This document shows, one piece after another, positions 51,300 to 64,000 of a stretch of 64,000 bases of DNA. This DNA is from Harriotta raleighana. Lineage: Eukaryota. Numbering within the stretch: the stretch's first letter is position 1; each line of letters begins with the position of its first letter. The stretch is taken from positions 2,043,485 through 2,107,484 of the forward strand of contig JBNZDD010013656.1 of the NCBI GenBank assembly GCA_050575255.1. The letters are read 5' to 3'. Made by a program: the position numbers and the translations under genes. Below the pieces are notes generated by a model. It saw only the letters and a program-made list of their open reading frames with translations. It searched no databases and was not told the origin of the DNA.

Positions 51300-51770
51300 C
51301 TGCAAGAAGAAAACACGCCCATTGTTATGCACAGCTTTCAGCGTTCACTGCCCAGAAAATAACACAAGATTACAATCCTCAACCAGCCCAGTCAAGTTCA
51401 GGAGCAAAGCACGGTATATATATGCATTTGTACATGTTTATAAACGTCGCAAAATGCACAGCAAAGGTATGAAATTCGAAAATTAACAGCGAGCGATCCG
51501 AAATTGCATCTGAAGCAGTCATCCATTCATGCAGAATAACAAACTGAAAATGCATCAAGTCTGGATTAACAAATAAACACGGTATTTAATGTTGAGGAGC
51601 ATTGGGCATTTCCAAACCGTTCACCTTCGAGATACTTTATTTTTTATGTACATACAACACCCTTGCCCCGTCGTGCGTTACGCTGCCTGGTCGGTAGAAA
51701 GCCAGATCTTTTATCCGGAAATATTCTTTTGAAACAATACTAATTGGAAGCGTGTATTAGCCGAGCCTAC

Positions 51771-52416
51771 CTGGCAAAGTGGATTTCCAGAGGTGGGGAG
51801 CCTGCGGTTGCTCTTTTGAACAGCAGACTTGACTGTTCCACCCGTTAGTGATTGCCCAGGGCTGGTAGCTTTCCATGGGGAGTAATGGTTCGTGTCTCGG
51901 TTCTCCCGGGGCGCTGATGGTGGGGACCACAGGTACGTCCAAATAGCTGGGCATTGGTTGGTACGGCCCCGCATAGCCCTGGTAAAAAGCGAACTCCTTG
52001 GCTCTGGACGTGAATTCCTCGCCGGCAGACGTGTCCATGTACTTGTCGGGGGGATACCCAGCCAGGGTGGGGGGCTGAGTGCAAGACTTGATGCTGCTGT
52101 GGTGGCTCATTCTGCAAGGGTAGTAACTGCTCCCAAAGTATCCATAGGGAAGAGAAGCGCTGGACGAAGTTTGAGCGGGACAAGGGCTGCACTGTTTGAC
52201 AGGTTCAGCGGCGCCAGAGGCAGGCAATTCACCGGAGGAGTAGGCAGAGCTGGGGGCGAGGGATGCCGGATGGGCCATCAAATTCCTACACTGGTTCGCT
52301 GTGAAATTCCCTCCTGAAAATCCATCCATGTTTTTATTAATTTCATCCAAGCCGTTGTCGTATACGAACATCACCGTGTCGATCCAGCGGGGATGAAGTA
52401 TCACTGACGCTGTCAT
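51771..52416 (-). CDS. HOXA13: HoxA13 exon 1
   Basis: [21 protein letters not shown]...[13 protein letters not shown]...[12 protein letters not shown]...YLDVPVV...LWKSTLP. Donor G|GTAGGC; 646 nt. Confidence 0.96.
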
Positions 52417-52699
52417 ATCACGTCCAACATTGAGACTAGTGGCCGTTTTAAAAGCCCCAAGACTGAAAAGAGACACTGCATCTCCCCGACTTACCAACGT
52501 TGACGCGCCAGCGTCGCTGAAAAGCCTCCTTTCATTGGCTGTGGGGAAACCACGGGATATGCAGAGTGGATGATAAACATCTGAAGAATAAAAGGTAGAT
52601 ACTCCATTAGTCAAATTGAGCAACATTTGAAGGATTTACGTAAACCAGCGATCCGAATAAAACCGTGGATTGATTAAAATAACAAAATGCCAACAGTGG

Positions 52700-52732
<33 letters not shown>

Positions 52733-54606
52733 AGGACAGCTAAATGTGGACTTCGCAAAGGTGGGTATGTGAGCAATGATGCAAAACCTGATAGCTGCAA
52801 ACAGAATTGTGTGCGTGTATGTACAGAAGTATATCATTACGCTTCTGTTAACTATCTTCTTCGAATTGACTGATTCAAAAACGTTTTGAGCTATACAATA
52901 TGCAGTAATAGAAAATGTGTGTTGTGATCGTGGTCATTTGTGTATTCGACACTGGGACAAGTGTTTTCTTTTTTAAAAAATTATGATATTTGTATCCGTG
53001 TGTGATTTTCAGAGTCACCCTCACAGTCCATCTTAATTTCCCTTTTCACAAACATCGTCTCTTTTTCGAAGCGATTGTCGATTAAGCAAAAACTCGACAC
53101 AATTGCGAAGAGCCGAGCTTCATCGGCCAAGTTTAATAACAAAGCAAGAAAAAGGGGACAACAATGTTTTATGACACAAATGAAACATCTTTGTGGTCTG
53201 TGTATTGCTTGAAGGTACAACTGGCAGAACCAAATAATAAAGTAGTAAGAATTGTCCTATATTATATTGTCACGAAAGCCACATTTGGGAACGTATAATT
53301 CGAGATAAAACGCCTCATTTTTTTTGTTTTGAACATTGCTAAGAGTAAATAGATAAACAGTTGTCGCAGTGAAATCATTCTATCAATTCATGCCATTTCT
53401 ATGCTGAAATCAGTATGCATTTCAAACCCATTGAGCGAATATAAATGCTGGTGTGTTCTAATGTTGTCGAAAATGCAGTTGCTCAAATCAAAAGACAAAG
53501 AGACGTACATAATATTTGTTTACTCTTCCCCAGGCGCGATATTCAATATTAAATAAATGCCTCTAGCACATCCCGCTGATGCAGTGAATTCGTATACCGT
53601 TGTAAAATGTAGATTATTTCAGATTCCTCTGATTCACTGTGTATCATTGCGTGTGTTTCCTGAGTACATAACACGCATAAATACTGGAAAGTATGGATAC
53701 AATGCGAAAATCTGACTCAATGTTAAATGGATTAAAAGTCCAGCTGTTACTTATTGTATAATATATGGCATACTGTTAAATGTGTCAAAAATACGTCAAA
53801 TATCAACAATTTCTTAACTCCATTTCAGTTAACATGTTGTGATTTGGTGGAAAGTAAGAGTAAAGCTATTTCAGCCATGCGGGGCATTGAAATCTGGTTG
53901 TTTGTGCTTTGCGTTTAGATGTGGTGNGGGGCATTGAAATCTGGTTGTTTGTGCTTCGCGTTTAGATGTGGTGTCTTGGGTCCTGCGAGCAAAAAATGTA
54001 CATGTCGCATGAGCGCGACGCTGACAATGTTCACTTAACATGAAAAAAAATCTACCAGGAGTTGTTTCATCTTCTGACAAAAACAAAGCTTGAATTTGCC
54101 ATCATCATTGACCTGGTTTCGATGACTTGAAAGCAGGTTTATGTCTAAAGGGAGCCTCTATAGAGTAGTTCAAGTACATGTTTGTTTGTCCCATTCTCCT
54201 AGCACAAACCATGAATCCTTCAGGGATCTAGCTATTTGGATAGTGACTTTCTTCACTGTTGCTATCCCACTGCATCAAATCACTACACGTTCTCTCTTTT
54301 TGTATTTCTCCGGTGTGTTGCAGCCCGTAATTAATCCCTTGACGTTAATCTTTCCTTTCTACATACATGTCGCGTGTTATTCCAATACAGGCGCCCGTAT
54401 GATCGTTTGCAATCTTCTTATCTGCAAATCTCTTGAGGGAAGCTGTCCCTGTTTGCAGCTGGGAGGTGTGGTGGCTGCAAACATTCTTTCGCTCCTTACG
54501 CTGACAGCCTTTATTTAAAGAGAGACGCTATAATTCGAATTACCCTGGATGTAAAATTTCTCCGTTGACAACCACGCCATAAAAATAGCGAGAGAACGAG
54601 TGAGAT

Positions 54607-54622
54607 ACACACACACACACAC

Positions 54623-54656
<34 letters not shown>
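54607..54656. repeat. Compound (CA)n(GA)n microsatellite
   Basis: Direct inspection. Confidence 0.9.
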
Positions 54657-57600
54657 CAATCCTTTCCCCCTAGCGTATCTGGAAATGCATTCTTCTACCG
54701 GAACCGGCTTGGAGGTGTTGGTGGTGGATTTTCATACATTTGCACTTGTAATGATTGCAATCGTTAGAATAATAATATTTCTAATGAGATCATTTCAAAG
54801 CAAACGAACAACGCGGGGTCAGAAATACATAAAGGGGCGAAAGGAGTCAGACCGTGCGAGAGAAACCTAATACATTTAAATGTTAATATTTCGGATTCCT
54901 GAGCCAACTAATACGATTGGAAATGCTGTAATGTACACAGCAGTAACCAGGATCCGGTGAGAGAGAGAGAGAGAGAGAGTGGGGACTCCTATGCTCTTAT
55001 GTTTCTCACTATCTCTCCGGTAATTGTCTTCTAGTTACCAATAGGTCGAAACTCTTGGCTTTGGGTTTAGTCGGTGTCTCTGGGCTCTCGAAAAATAAGA
55101 TTTATCAGAATGCGCTTTTTTCGTGCGGTGAATGTCTCACTGGGAACATTTCCGCCTATTTTTGCGCTTTACTTGTGAATAAAGTGACAATCATAATGTG
55201 AACGGTAGGATGTAATGGCGGGGACTTGCTGCTGCTCAGGTTTTCGTTGTTGAAATATCCAGCCAACCGAGCGAATAGGGAATCTCATCTTCCTAGTTGT
55301 TCGGATTATATTTGTGAAAAAAAACATTTTCTTTTTTTTAAAAAAAAAACAACGTACAGCTGTAGAACACGCGGCCTTCAGTTATTCTTTCTGGACTGAA
55401 AGAGTGTCGCCCCTTCCCCCATCCCTCCCTCCCCCCCACCCCCACCCCCCACCACCCCTCATATATAACTTAAATTTGAACAGAAATGTGTCAGCCTGCT
55501 CCAATTCTCAGTGCAATCTCCCGAAGCCTCGCTTTGCAGAAGTCTGGTTACTTTGGATGATGTACATCCTCATCAGAGTTTTGCACTTGATGGAAAGGGC
55601 CATATTCAGCTACAAGATGGCAGGAGCCAAATGGGCAGCTCTTTTACATACGAGTTAGACACGGGCAAAGGCCAAGGTCAAGTTGAAAGTTGCAGTCTAG
55701 CCAATCTGAGGGCTGTCATTCAGCCGATGATGACCCTGTCTGAATTCTTATAAAGGGCAAGTCGTGAGAATTGGCTTCTTTGTTCCCATTTTGTTTGCTT
55801 GCTTTTGTCTTCCACTCGGAAGCATCCCAAAGGGAAGAAAAAAAAGCCCCCCCCCCCTCTCCCCCCCACCCCTTCCCACCCCACCCCAACCCCTGACCAT
55901 ACCGTCTCTCTTTCCAGGTTTCAGCATGGTTGGCGAAAGGATGTGAAATGAATGCAGTCGCCAAATTATGCGGGGTCGCATCCGGTTTAAACGCTCTGTT
56001 TACCAAAGCTCTTGTTTTGAACTTGCTGTTTATCCTAGGGATAGCTCTGTGTTGCTTCAAAAGGTAGGCAACTTCTGTGCAACGCAATGTGATTCCTGAC
56101 GAGCCATTCACCCGTGTATTAGGCATCCAATGCTTGTGTCAGCTGTTATTTAACATAAAGATTGCAAACTCTTCTTCGGATACTGCATGCAAGTGTTTTA
56201 CATTGTCTCATGAGGCGGTAAATAAACGACTACTGTACAGACTGCAGAGAAAAGCGCTCCCCAAGAATCTCTGGATCCAACTGTTTTGCAACTGAATTGA
56301 AACTGAATTGAAGTCGAGTTTTCGAGATGCAGTACAAACTAAGGCACGCACATTTCATGCTGTTCAAAATAAAACATCTGCCGATAAGATGAAGAGGGAA
56401 TNACTGAGGCACGCACATTTCATGCTGTTCAAAATAAAACGTCTGCCGATAAGATGAAGAGGGAAACTATTTAGGCAATTATCGGAATATTAATTATTCC
56501 TAGCCCGAGAACATACATGCGTGTTGTGTGTGTTGTCTCCTTGATATGTTGGCCCACACATCAGTATCAGCTAAAGAGGTTCCGGTATTGCGTTTCGTGT
56601 GCTTTATTGGAAGGATTGAAGAGTTAATCATCTACACACACTTTTGAGATCAGGGATTTATTTTGTCAATTCTCACCAAATGGAAAGATCTGTGTCGACC
56701 TCGAAGTTTGTGCATTTTTTATTTCCCTAATTCTTCTGTCGAATTGAAACNCTTGAGGGCCAATATGTCTGAAACATATTCCAACAGAAATGTGTGTTAC
56801 CTTGTACCCNCCCCCCCCCCCCCCCCCCCCCCCCCCGCCCCCTGTGTGCACCCAATCCAGTTCAACGTCTCAAAATAGATGAGGCTTCATGATGCTTGAG
56901 GGCCAATATGTCTGAAACATATTCCAACAGAAATGTGTGTTACCTTGTACCCAAGCGTACGCCAACGGGCTAAAACGTGTAGATGTGGTTTGTATATTTG
57001 AAGCAATCACTTTAGTAGCAACAAAACATTATATTTTACATGCACTTATGTACGCTCCAATAATTCGTTTGTATATAGCGCGGATCGCTATTCAGTTGCA
57101 ATCTTAAATCATGATACAACATGAGTCTAAAGGCGATTCCCAATTATTATTGTTAATGTGTTATTCTGACTATTTCAGATTACACAATTGTTATTGTGCA
57201 TCAATGGTTTCATGTTGCACTTGCTCACGAAATCTCAGACAAATTCAATGTATTATTCTCTGGTGTGAGTCCAAGAAACCACTGTAACAGAAATACTCAC
57301 GACTGCAGAAATGTACCTCAACTGTGAACCAGAATATTTATTTGGGGGTGTTCCTGCGATCGTTTCCATCATCAACCAGTCGATTCTTCAACAAATATTT
57401 ACGAAAATATAAGTCAAACGTAATGACAATTCCACCAAAACCAAACACATTACTATAAAATGCAACCTTTCTCTCCTGACTTTCTGATTTTCTGTCGCTC
57501 AACTCATATGAAAAAAAAACCCACTTCATTTATATTGTAACACAACATGTGTCCGGATTCACACTTGTTATGGATGATTTCAAAATTCTAGTTTTATGAG

Positions 57601-58926
57601 ACGCGAATCAGGATTTGAACGAAAATAAAAAAGTGGCTATTTTTCTTGTGTTTCTCTTTTATGTTAACATTAGTTATTTTCCCCAGTGTTTCTAGAATTT
57701 ATCCGAATAGATCCGAGATGTAACCTGATGGATTGTTGAGCATATCGTTATCTTAGTAATATTTTTCTTTAATATTTCTTATGGATTTATTTAGGATATG
57801 TATCCAGGCGACTAGAGATAAAACATCCATGAACTAACTTGTATTCAATGTTGTACCCTCAAACATTTGGGGATACGGTCCATAAACGCGTCACATTTGT
57901 ATTCACAAAATCGCAATGAAAGGGTATAAATGATAAGGAGTTTTGACACAATTGTTCTCGGTATATATTTTATTCCTAATACATTTTGGACAGATTTCAA
58001 CAACGGTGAATACTGACTCGTGATCTCTGCTATGTCGAATCACCGTAGATAAACATACGAGATAATTATATATATTACCTTCACTACCATGTTTGTTATG
58101 AAAAATCTAGTCGAATTAACCTTGTAAAGCTAGCTTTCATGTATAATTAAATAATTACAATCAACACCACAGAAGTTCCGAAAATAGTGAAAATGTATGT
58201 TTTACTAATATTCCGTGGATCCCGCCTTGTATGTATCATTCACCTACACACATAGGTTGGAAATTGGTTAAAACTGGATACAATTTGAACATGTTCACAC
58301 CAGTCCACGTTTTGTCATGTAACACATTATTTATTTCCTTATATCGAATGAGTATGGAATATCAAGAACAGCACTTACATTAGAATATAGAATAGGATTG
58401 TCGATACACATCTACATTGTCCTTTAGGAGGTTTTTAAAAACTCACCTGATTATAAACAATAAATGTGCATATACACATATAAACTGCAAGATATGATAA
58501 AATAATAGTGCACGAGATTTACATAAATTGCAATTTACCTGTACAGTTAGCTGACTTTTCATAACATTGAATATCTGAACACACGCAGTGGGAGGCGGTA
58601 ATAAAATAGAGAACTGTAATGTTTAATTTAGAGATTATTCCAAAAGCAAAGCTCGGAACGGTTTTTGATATCAAGTTGGATTTTCAATCCACATAAACAG
58701 TGTCAACAATGTCCATTGTAATCAGATTCATTTGGTAAATTAAATAGTTTTGACAAGTTGGTGAATGGGATTACATAAACGCTTTTAATAACATAGGATG
58801 AGTTAAAATCCTGCTTAAAATTAAAAGCAACGTTGTATATCCGATTCCACCTTCAGGCATGTTGTGATATTATTTACATTAATGTAATTAATTGTGTGGT
58901 TTCTCTCTCACTGTTACGCATCCAAA

Positions 58927-58999
58927 CTAAATCTTTAGTTCAGATTGCTGGCTCTGAATCAACCTTTTATCCATCCTCATGGTAAAACCACATCATCGC
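58927..58999 (-). pseudogene. HoxA14 pseudogene exon 3 (helix 3 remnant)
   Basis: After a 124-nt intron and acceptor CCTTCACAG|: AMMWFYHE [frameshift] MDKRLIQSQQSELKI*, versus VKIWFQNQRQKEKKLL. WF is at the correct offset from the splice site. Confidence 0.75.
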
Positions 59000-59123
59000 C
59001 TGTGAAGGATAAGAGTTTGGTTTCAAAAGAAAATCACCAAAACTTCAGGGAAAGAGTATAATGTGTTTTGAGTAGTGACGCTCACCGGTGCAGTTATTAT
59101 TCGTGAAACTCTTTTCTCTTTAC

Positions 59124-59278
59124 CTGCCACTGTGGTAGTCCACATTTTGCGATAATATGTGATTGTATTTCACACACCAGAAACCGACCCTGTCTCCAGC
59201 GCTGCAAATTGGTGTTTGCGATAAGTGATTACTTTCTTAAGCTACTGAACTTTTGGGTGGGCAGAACCCGGGGGGCGA
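59124..59278 (-). pseudogene. HoxA14 pseudogene exon 2 (5' part of split homeobox)
   Basis: Bounded by TTTTCAG| and CAG|GTAAAG. Reads PKVQ*LKKVITYRKHQFAALETG [frameshift] RFLVCEIQSHIIAKCGLPQWQ, versus remembered Hox14 consensus RQRKKRIPYSKQQIAELEKAFEKNRFLTPEIRLNISFKLGLTERQ. The donor follows the Q before VKIWF, the Hox14-type intron position. Confidence 0.85.
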
Positions 59279-61439
59279 CTGAAAACTCTGAGTTGTTAAC
59301 GAATCAATAGTCCAGATTGGATTGAACGATGTATCCTTTGTTAGTAGTAATGATGCCCACCTCTAATTATATCTAATGGAAATGCTCATACTGTACTTTA
59401 AAATAAAACTTATAAACCTTTATGGATCGTCAGACTCCAACGGCGTTAAATGTGTTCAATAAATGCAACCAAAAACCTCAAATGCGCTTATAAATCCACA
59501 GATGTAAGATCGCTGTTGGGTAAATTGGAGTTTCACTTGGAGTTGCAGCAGTTGCATTAAACCATGGTTAAAACGAGAAACTTTTATATTTTTAATGCGA
59601 CATTCACATCGTTTTTTTTTAAAAAAAACCCGAAACTCCCAAACTCACACATATATTATGCACTTTACGACATATAAGACTTCATATTGAATAGCATAGC
59701 AGGGAAAGTCCTATACAGTGGGATTATGTGAACTCCATGCGTTTGACACCTAAACCCTTTGAAGTCATCTCAAAATATAATTTTAAAAACGACAAGATCG
59801 AAACTTCACTTCCTTGTATGAATGAAAACATTTGTGTTTGTAAGACAGACACATCGATGGTTTCCACAGGAGGTAATTACAGAAATCTAATATGTATCCC
59901 ATTTTAAATACACGTTTCAACAAATATATTTTCCAGTATTCCTTTACATCCAGTACTCTTTGTGATTCCAGGAACTCTGTCTGTTACCAAATAACCACTC
60001 CTATACCAAGTATCCGGCATCATTGAAGAGTGTGTGGTTGGTAAGAAATTGCTTCTATTAGTGTTTATTATACACTGGAGTGAAAATGTAATTTTAGGTA
60101 CAACACCTCAATCGATCTTACTGTTACGGTATTTATTATCGTGTTTTTTTTATTCCAAAAAAAGATTGAAAATGCCGAATACAATAAAGAAATACGTACT
60201 AAATTCCCTCAATGTATTTTCAATTGGGGGACACAACATATGTCCAGCAATGTCGTTTACTTGAACAAAATATCGAATCGGATCTTTATGCTTCCCTTGG
60301 GGAACGCGTTGTGTTTAACCTGTTCAGGAATGCACACTCTTATATGTAGTCGAACCGCCAAAGCAACAAGGGAAACATTATTTGGAAACGAATGTAATTC
60401 GTGGGCATCTGTAGTATTTTGTGTTTTGTTTACGATTCGTTTATGTTCACTTCATGGCGGTCATTATAGAATTCACATCATTGCGACCCAGGACATCTTT
60501 TAACAAGTTGAAAGCCTTTGCTGTCCGACTTCAAATGTCTGAAGGGATTGAAAATAACATCTGTACATCTTCTTCCACAGGCAACCTCGGAAAGTCTTCA
60601 ATGCCCTCTAAGATGTTCTATCTATTAAGGTGCTGGGAAGGGATAATGTCTTATTAACATTGGTTTATCTCCTCTTCCTACAGATTAAAAGAGAAAAATA
60701 AAATTGTCTGAACATAAGAATCATCTGACTCGACCCAGTGAAGTTAACAAAATGTAATAATAAAATGATAGTTTGTCAATATTATTTCGGGCGTTTTGGA
60801 GTAGTTTTTCAGCTCCTTCGGTTGAAGTCTTCCTTTTAGTTATTTTATAAAGCTCAAACCAAAAACTGTCATCGATGCATTAACATCGATGGCAAAGACT
60901 GGCTTGTTCGCTTCGCTCTACGCAGTTTGTCCAATGCCTTAGAGAGTCCTTAATATTCACCTACAGAACACAGTGTCCATGGCATCAGATACGAATCTGT
61001 TACACAACAAAGGTTTACATATATACAAGTGACCTTTACTGTACAATACTGCAAAATGCCTAATACTGTAATGAAACGCGGAAATATGGGATGCTGACTG
61101 GTTTCGAACAATTCGCGTCATATCTCTGAGCCCCTTTCCAAAAGTGTTTTATTTACATAATAAATCTATAATATAATTCTATAATGACCCGTTTTTATCG
61201 AGTTTGTTTCATCCGATCGATGTTGGGTTTTGTTTCAAATTGCTTGTTGGGTCCGTCTTTTAAAACGACAGAATTGTATAACTCTGTATTTCTGTAATAT
61301 ATGAAGCGAAGTTGGTAAATTTCAAAATAGCGAAATTGTCTTCGTATCCGCAAACAAGGCGGTTTAAAATGGCACTTTGTCCCTTTAATGGGCGCCACAG
61401 GGAAAGGTTTGGTAGATCTATGAAATGAGCAATGTTCAA

Positions 61440-62000
61440 TAACTTCTGCGGCTGGAGTGAAGTGAGAAGTAAAACTATCAGAGTGAGGTTTGTGGTCATC
61501 CTTAGTTAGGTCTGTTTCATTCATGTTCCACTGGGTTTGAGCAGCCAGATCAACAGCCTTGAGTTTCCATAGCCTGGGTATTAACATGACTGAGTAGTTC
61601 ACTCCTTGCACTGGTCTGAGGAGGATCTCTGGAGAGTAAAGTGTGACCCACAGCCATTGCTGAAGTTTAGAGCAACCGGTCTCTCCTCTATTCGGAGACA
61701 AACATTTTCGGATTAAAACCGAGGGCGTCATTGTAAAAATGTCCAGAGGGGAAGGATAATCTTTTGCAGGCTGTGAGGAAGAAAACAGTGGAAAAGTACA
61801 TCCCAGATTTCCAGGGAAGATCATTCTTGTACCGTGAATGGCTGAGGCTTTTGTCCTTGCAGTGACACAACTGTTCCACTAGATGCCTGCAGAGTTAGTG
61901 GAAGATATCCAAGATCTTTATTCTTCTCTGGATTCACTGACCTGGCATTCGAAGATGAATGAATGATCTCGGTGCGGTATAGTTTTTTGAGGGGGGAATT
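61440..62000 (-). pseudogene. Probable HoxA14 pseudogene exon 1 remnant (boundaries approximate)
   Basis: Coding-like island with overlapping minus-strand ORFs in all three frames, consistent with frameshifted decay. Fragments LSFPSGHFYN, DQCKE*...YPGYG and AAQTQW recall posterior Hox N-terminal motifs. About 2.2 kb upstream of the exon 2 remnant. Confidence 0.5.
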
Positions 62001-63162
62001 TAAAATAACACAACTGAGCGTGTTAAAAAAAAAAACGTGCGCCGCCCAGCAAACAAATAAAATCCTCTCATGGAAAGAGAACCCAGCCTCCACCTGCCTG
62101 GACAAACTGGTTATTTTATGACAGGACATGTGTTTGCAAAGCAAAGTTAAACCGTACTCAACGCTCGGATTAATCGTTAATCCGGTTGAGTGCCGGTTGA
62201 GCGCCAAGGACATCGAGGCGGTGTTACTTTGCCAGCTCCACCATTACGCTCTGTGATCGAAAGGCGGGAGTGCTCAGACTTTTATAAACCTGTGCACCCA
62301 CGTTACCTTTCGAACAGGATCCTGCGAGTTACATCATCTCGGGGAGGCTGATCTGTGTTGGAACTGAGTACACGAAATATGGTTGGACAAATGGCTGCGG
62401 TCCCGCGAAGTACATGTACATGGGAGATTGGAAATTTATTGGTCATTACATCTGGCAATGCACCTAGATTGTGCTCGAAGTCACTTACGTGGGACTTTAG
62501 AACAAATATTTAGTCTCCAAGCAATAAAGTGCGAACAAATGGAGAGTCCAGTTAAAGGATCGCATGAGCAGTTAGTTAGCTGTTCACTGCCTTTCCTGAA
62601 TTTAAAAAGGTACAGACTTTCTCTATTAGCACAACACAGCTGTATTGAGGTAAATGGCCAATGTTACAGTGAAGGAAGCGTTTATATGGTGAAACTGAGA
62701 TCCTATTATTTTCTGTCCAAACTGGTCATTTTAAATTTTCAGATTTTTTTTTGTTCAATTGCAACCTTGAACCTCAGCTATTTGCATGCAAAGGAACTGC
62801 ATTGCAGGTTCATCCAGACAGTGTGGGCAGCACTGCAGTCGACATCATGAATCACACATTTAAGGCTGCATTTATTTGCGTGAGAGATGTCGTTCCCATT
62901 TTCGAAAAAAAAAATCGGGTGACCGCACTCAAAAGAATACGTCTTACATTTCACCCTGAATCAAATGCAAAGTTTATTTTTGTTCACTGGATTGCAACAC
63001 AGAAAGAATCTCTTGAGTATTTCATTTGATTCAATTCTGCATTCCGCCCCCCCCACCCCTCCCCCACCAGCCCCCCCACTCCCATCCCCACCCCCAGGAT
63101 TGTATTGACTTAGGCAAACAAGTAGATTGATGTGTAAGAGGTTTAATTACCACACAACCACA

Positions 63163-63194
<32 letters not shown>

Positions 63195-64000
63195 AGTGTG
63201 TGTGGCNGTGGCGTTTGGTGGGGGGGGGGGGGGGGGACGGGACGACGACAACTGCAGGAAAACGGCCCTCAACTGCAACATGCTTAATAACAGTTCAGGC
63301 GTGACAATTTAAACCAGCTCATGCCAATTTAAAGCAGGTATGCTGAGCAATAGTTCTTGCAGTAATTTCTTTCTGATCCAGGCAATAGTGCACAGGCGAA
63401 GCGTGTCCGTCCCTTTGTTTTTAATAAAACAGCGACTGATGGACTGCTATCACACCCGCGTACTGACCGACATGGACTTTGCTCCAGAGTGCAAGGGGTG
63501 AACTAACTCAGGGCCAAAAGGCTGGAAAGTCGTTCCAACTACTCCGGTAAGGTGTTTAATCTCCACACGGTGAGTGTTGAATCCAATGTAACGAGGGAGC
63601 ACGTTACCGGGATTGACTCGTTCTCTTTTGTACTGTACTTATCCGAGCACACCAGAGCAAAACAATCCCCACTCCCTAAATTATGACTCTTAATGCATTT
63701 GTGTGGTTTGATAGCACTTGCAAGTAGACACAGGTCTTCCCTTGTGTTCGTGTTGTTTTGAATTTAAATAATTCTGCCCACTTGACCGACGAGATATTTT
63801 CTGATTTTTTCTCTCTCTCTCTGATTGTTTACTTTGAACTATTCGTGTGTGTTTGTGAATTTGCGATTTTTGTCTTTTCGAATCTTGTCTTCTCACACTC
63901 GTAAAATATCGTTCAAGCCACCGGAGAGCGGTTATTCAAACTCGTGGTTGTATCCACATTGCTTTGCACCCCAGGGAGTCAAAAATCTTTTGAGTGGTTG

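Noticed and set aside
52417-52626. 70-aa N-terminal extension of HoxA13 from the ATG at 52626
   Set aside because: The conserved start is MTASV.LHPRW. A CCAAT box at about 52534 lies between the two ATGs, so the upstream one is probably outside the transcript.
57338-57529. ORF with an RK-rich stretch as a further Hox14 exon
   Set aside because: No homeodomain spacing or WF motif; the real remnant is at 58927-59278.
61195-61824. 209-aa ORF as an intact novel gene
   Set aside because: No coherent domain; Hox-like fragments are spread over three frames, so it is better explained as a frameshifted HoxA14 exon 1 remnant.
62383-64000. Evx1 at the 5' end of the cluster
   Set aside because: No Evx-type coding sequence was found; it is presumably beyond the window.

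Overview
Eukaryotic, not prokaryotic, DNA: the posterior half of a gnathostome HoxA cluster transcribed on the minus strand. The protein sequences, compact transposon-poor layout and Hox14 remnant point to a cartilaginous fish (chimaera or shark; the species is inferred, not proven). Five intact two-exon genes are present: HoxA7, HoxA9, HoxA10, HoxA11 and HoxA13. All have GT-AG phase-1 introns and frame-consistent exon lengths. A miR-196 hairpin lies between A9 and A10, with several cognate seed sites in the A7 and A9 3'UTRs. The most notable signals are gene fossils that the ORF track misses. A clear split-homeobox HoxA14 pseudogene lies 5' of HoxA13. Much more decayed, by-eye candidates for HoxA8 (between A7 and A9) and HoxA12 (between A11 and A13) sit in exactly the collinear slot and orientation expected. 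Also present are CTCF-like motifs, a perfect DR2 retinoic-acid-type element in the HoxA10 intron, microsatellites, one SINE/LINE2-like tail and several N-joined tandem duplications that look like assembly artefacts. All homology calls were made by eye from remembered family consensus; no database search was run.
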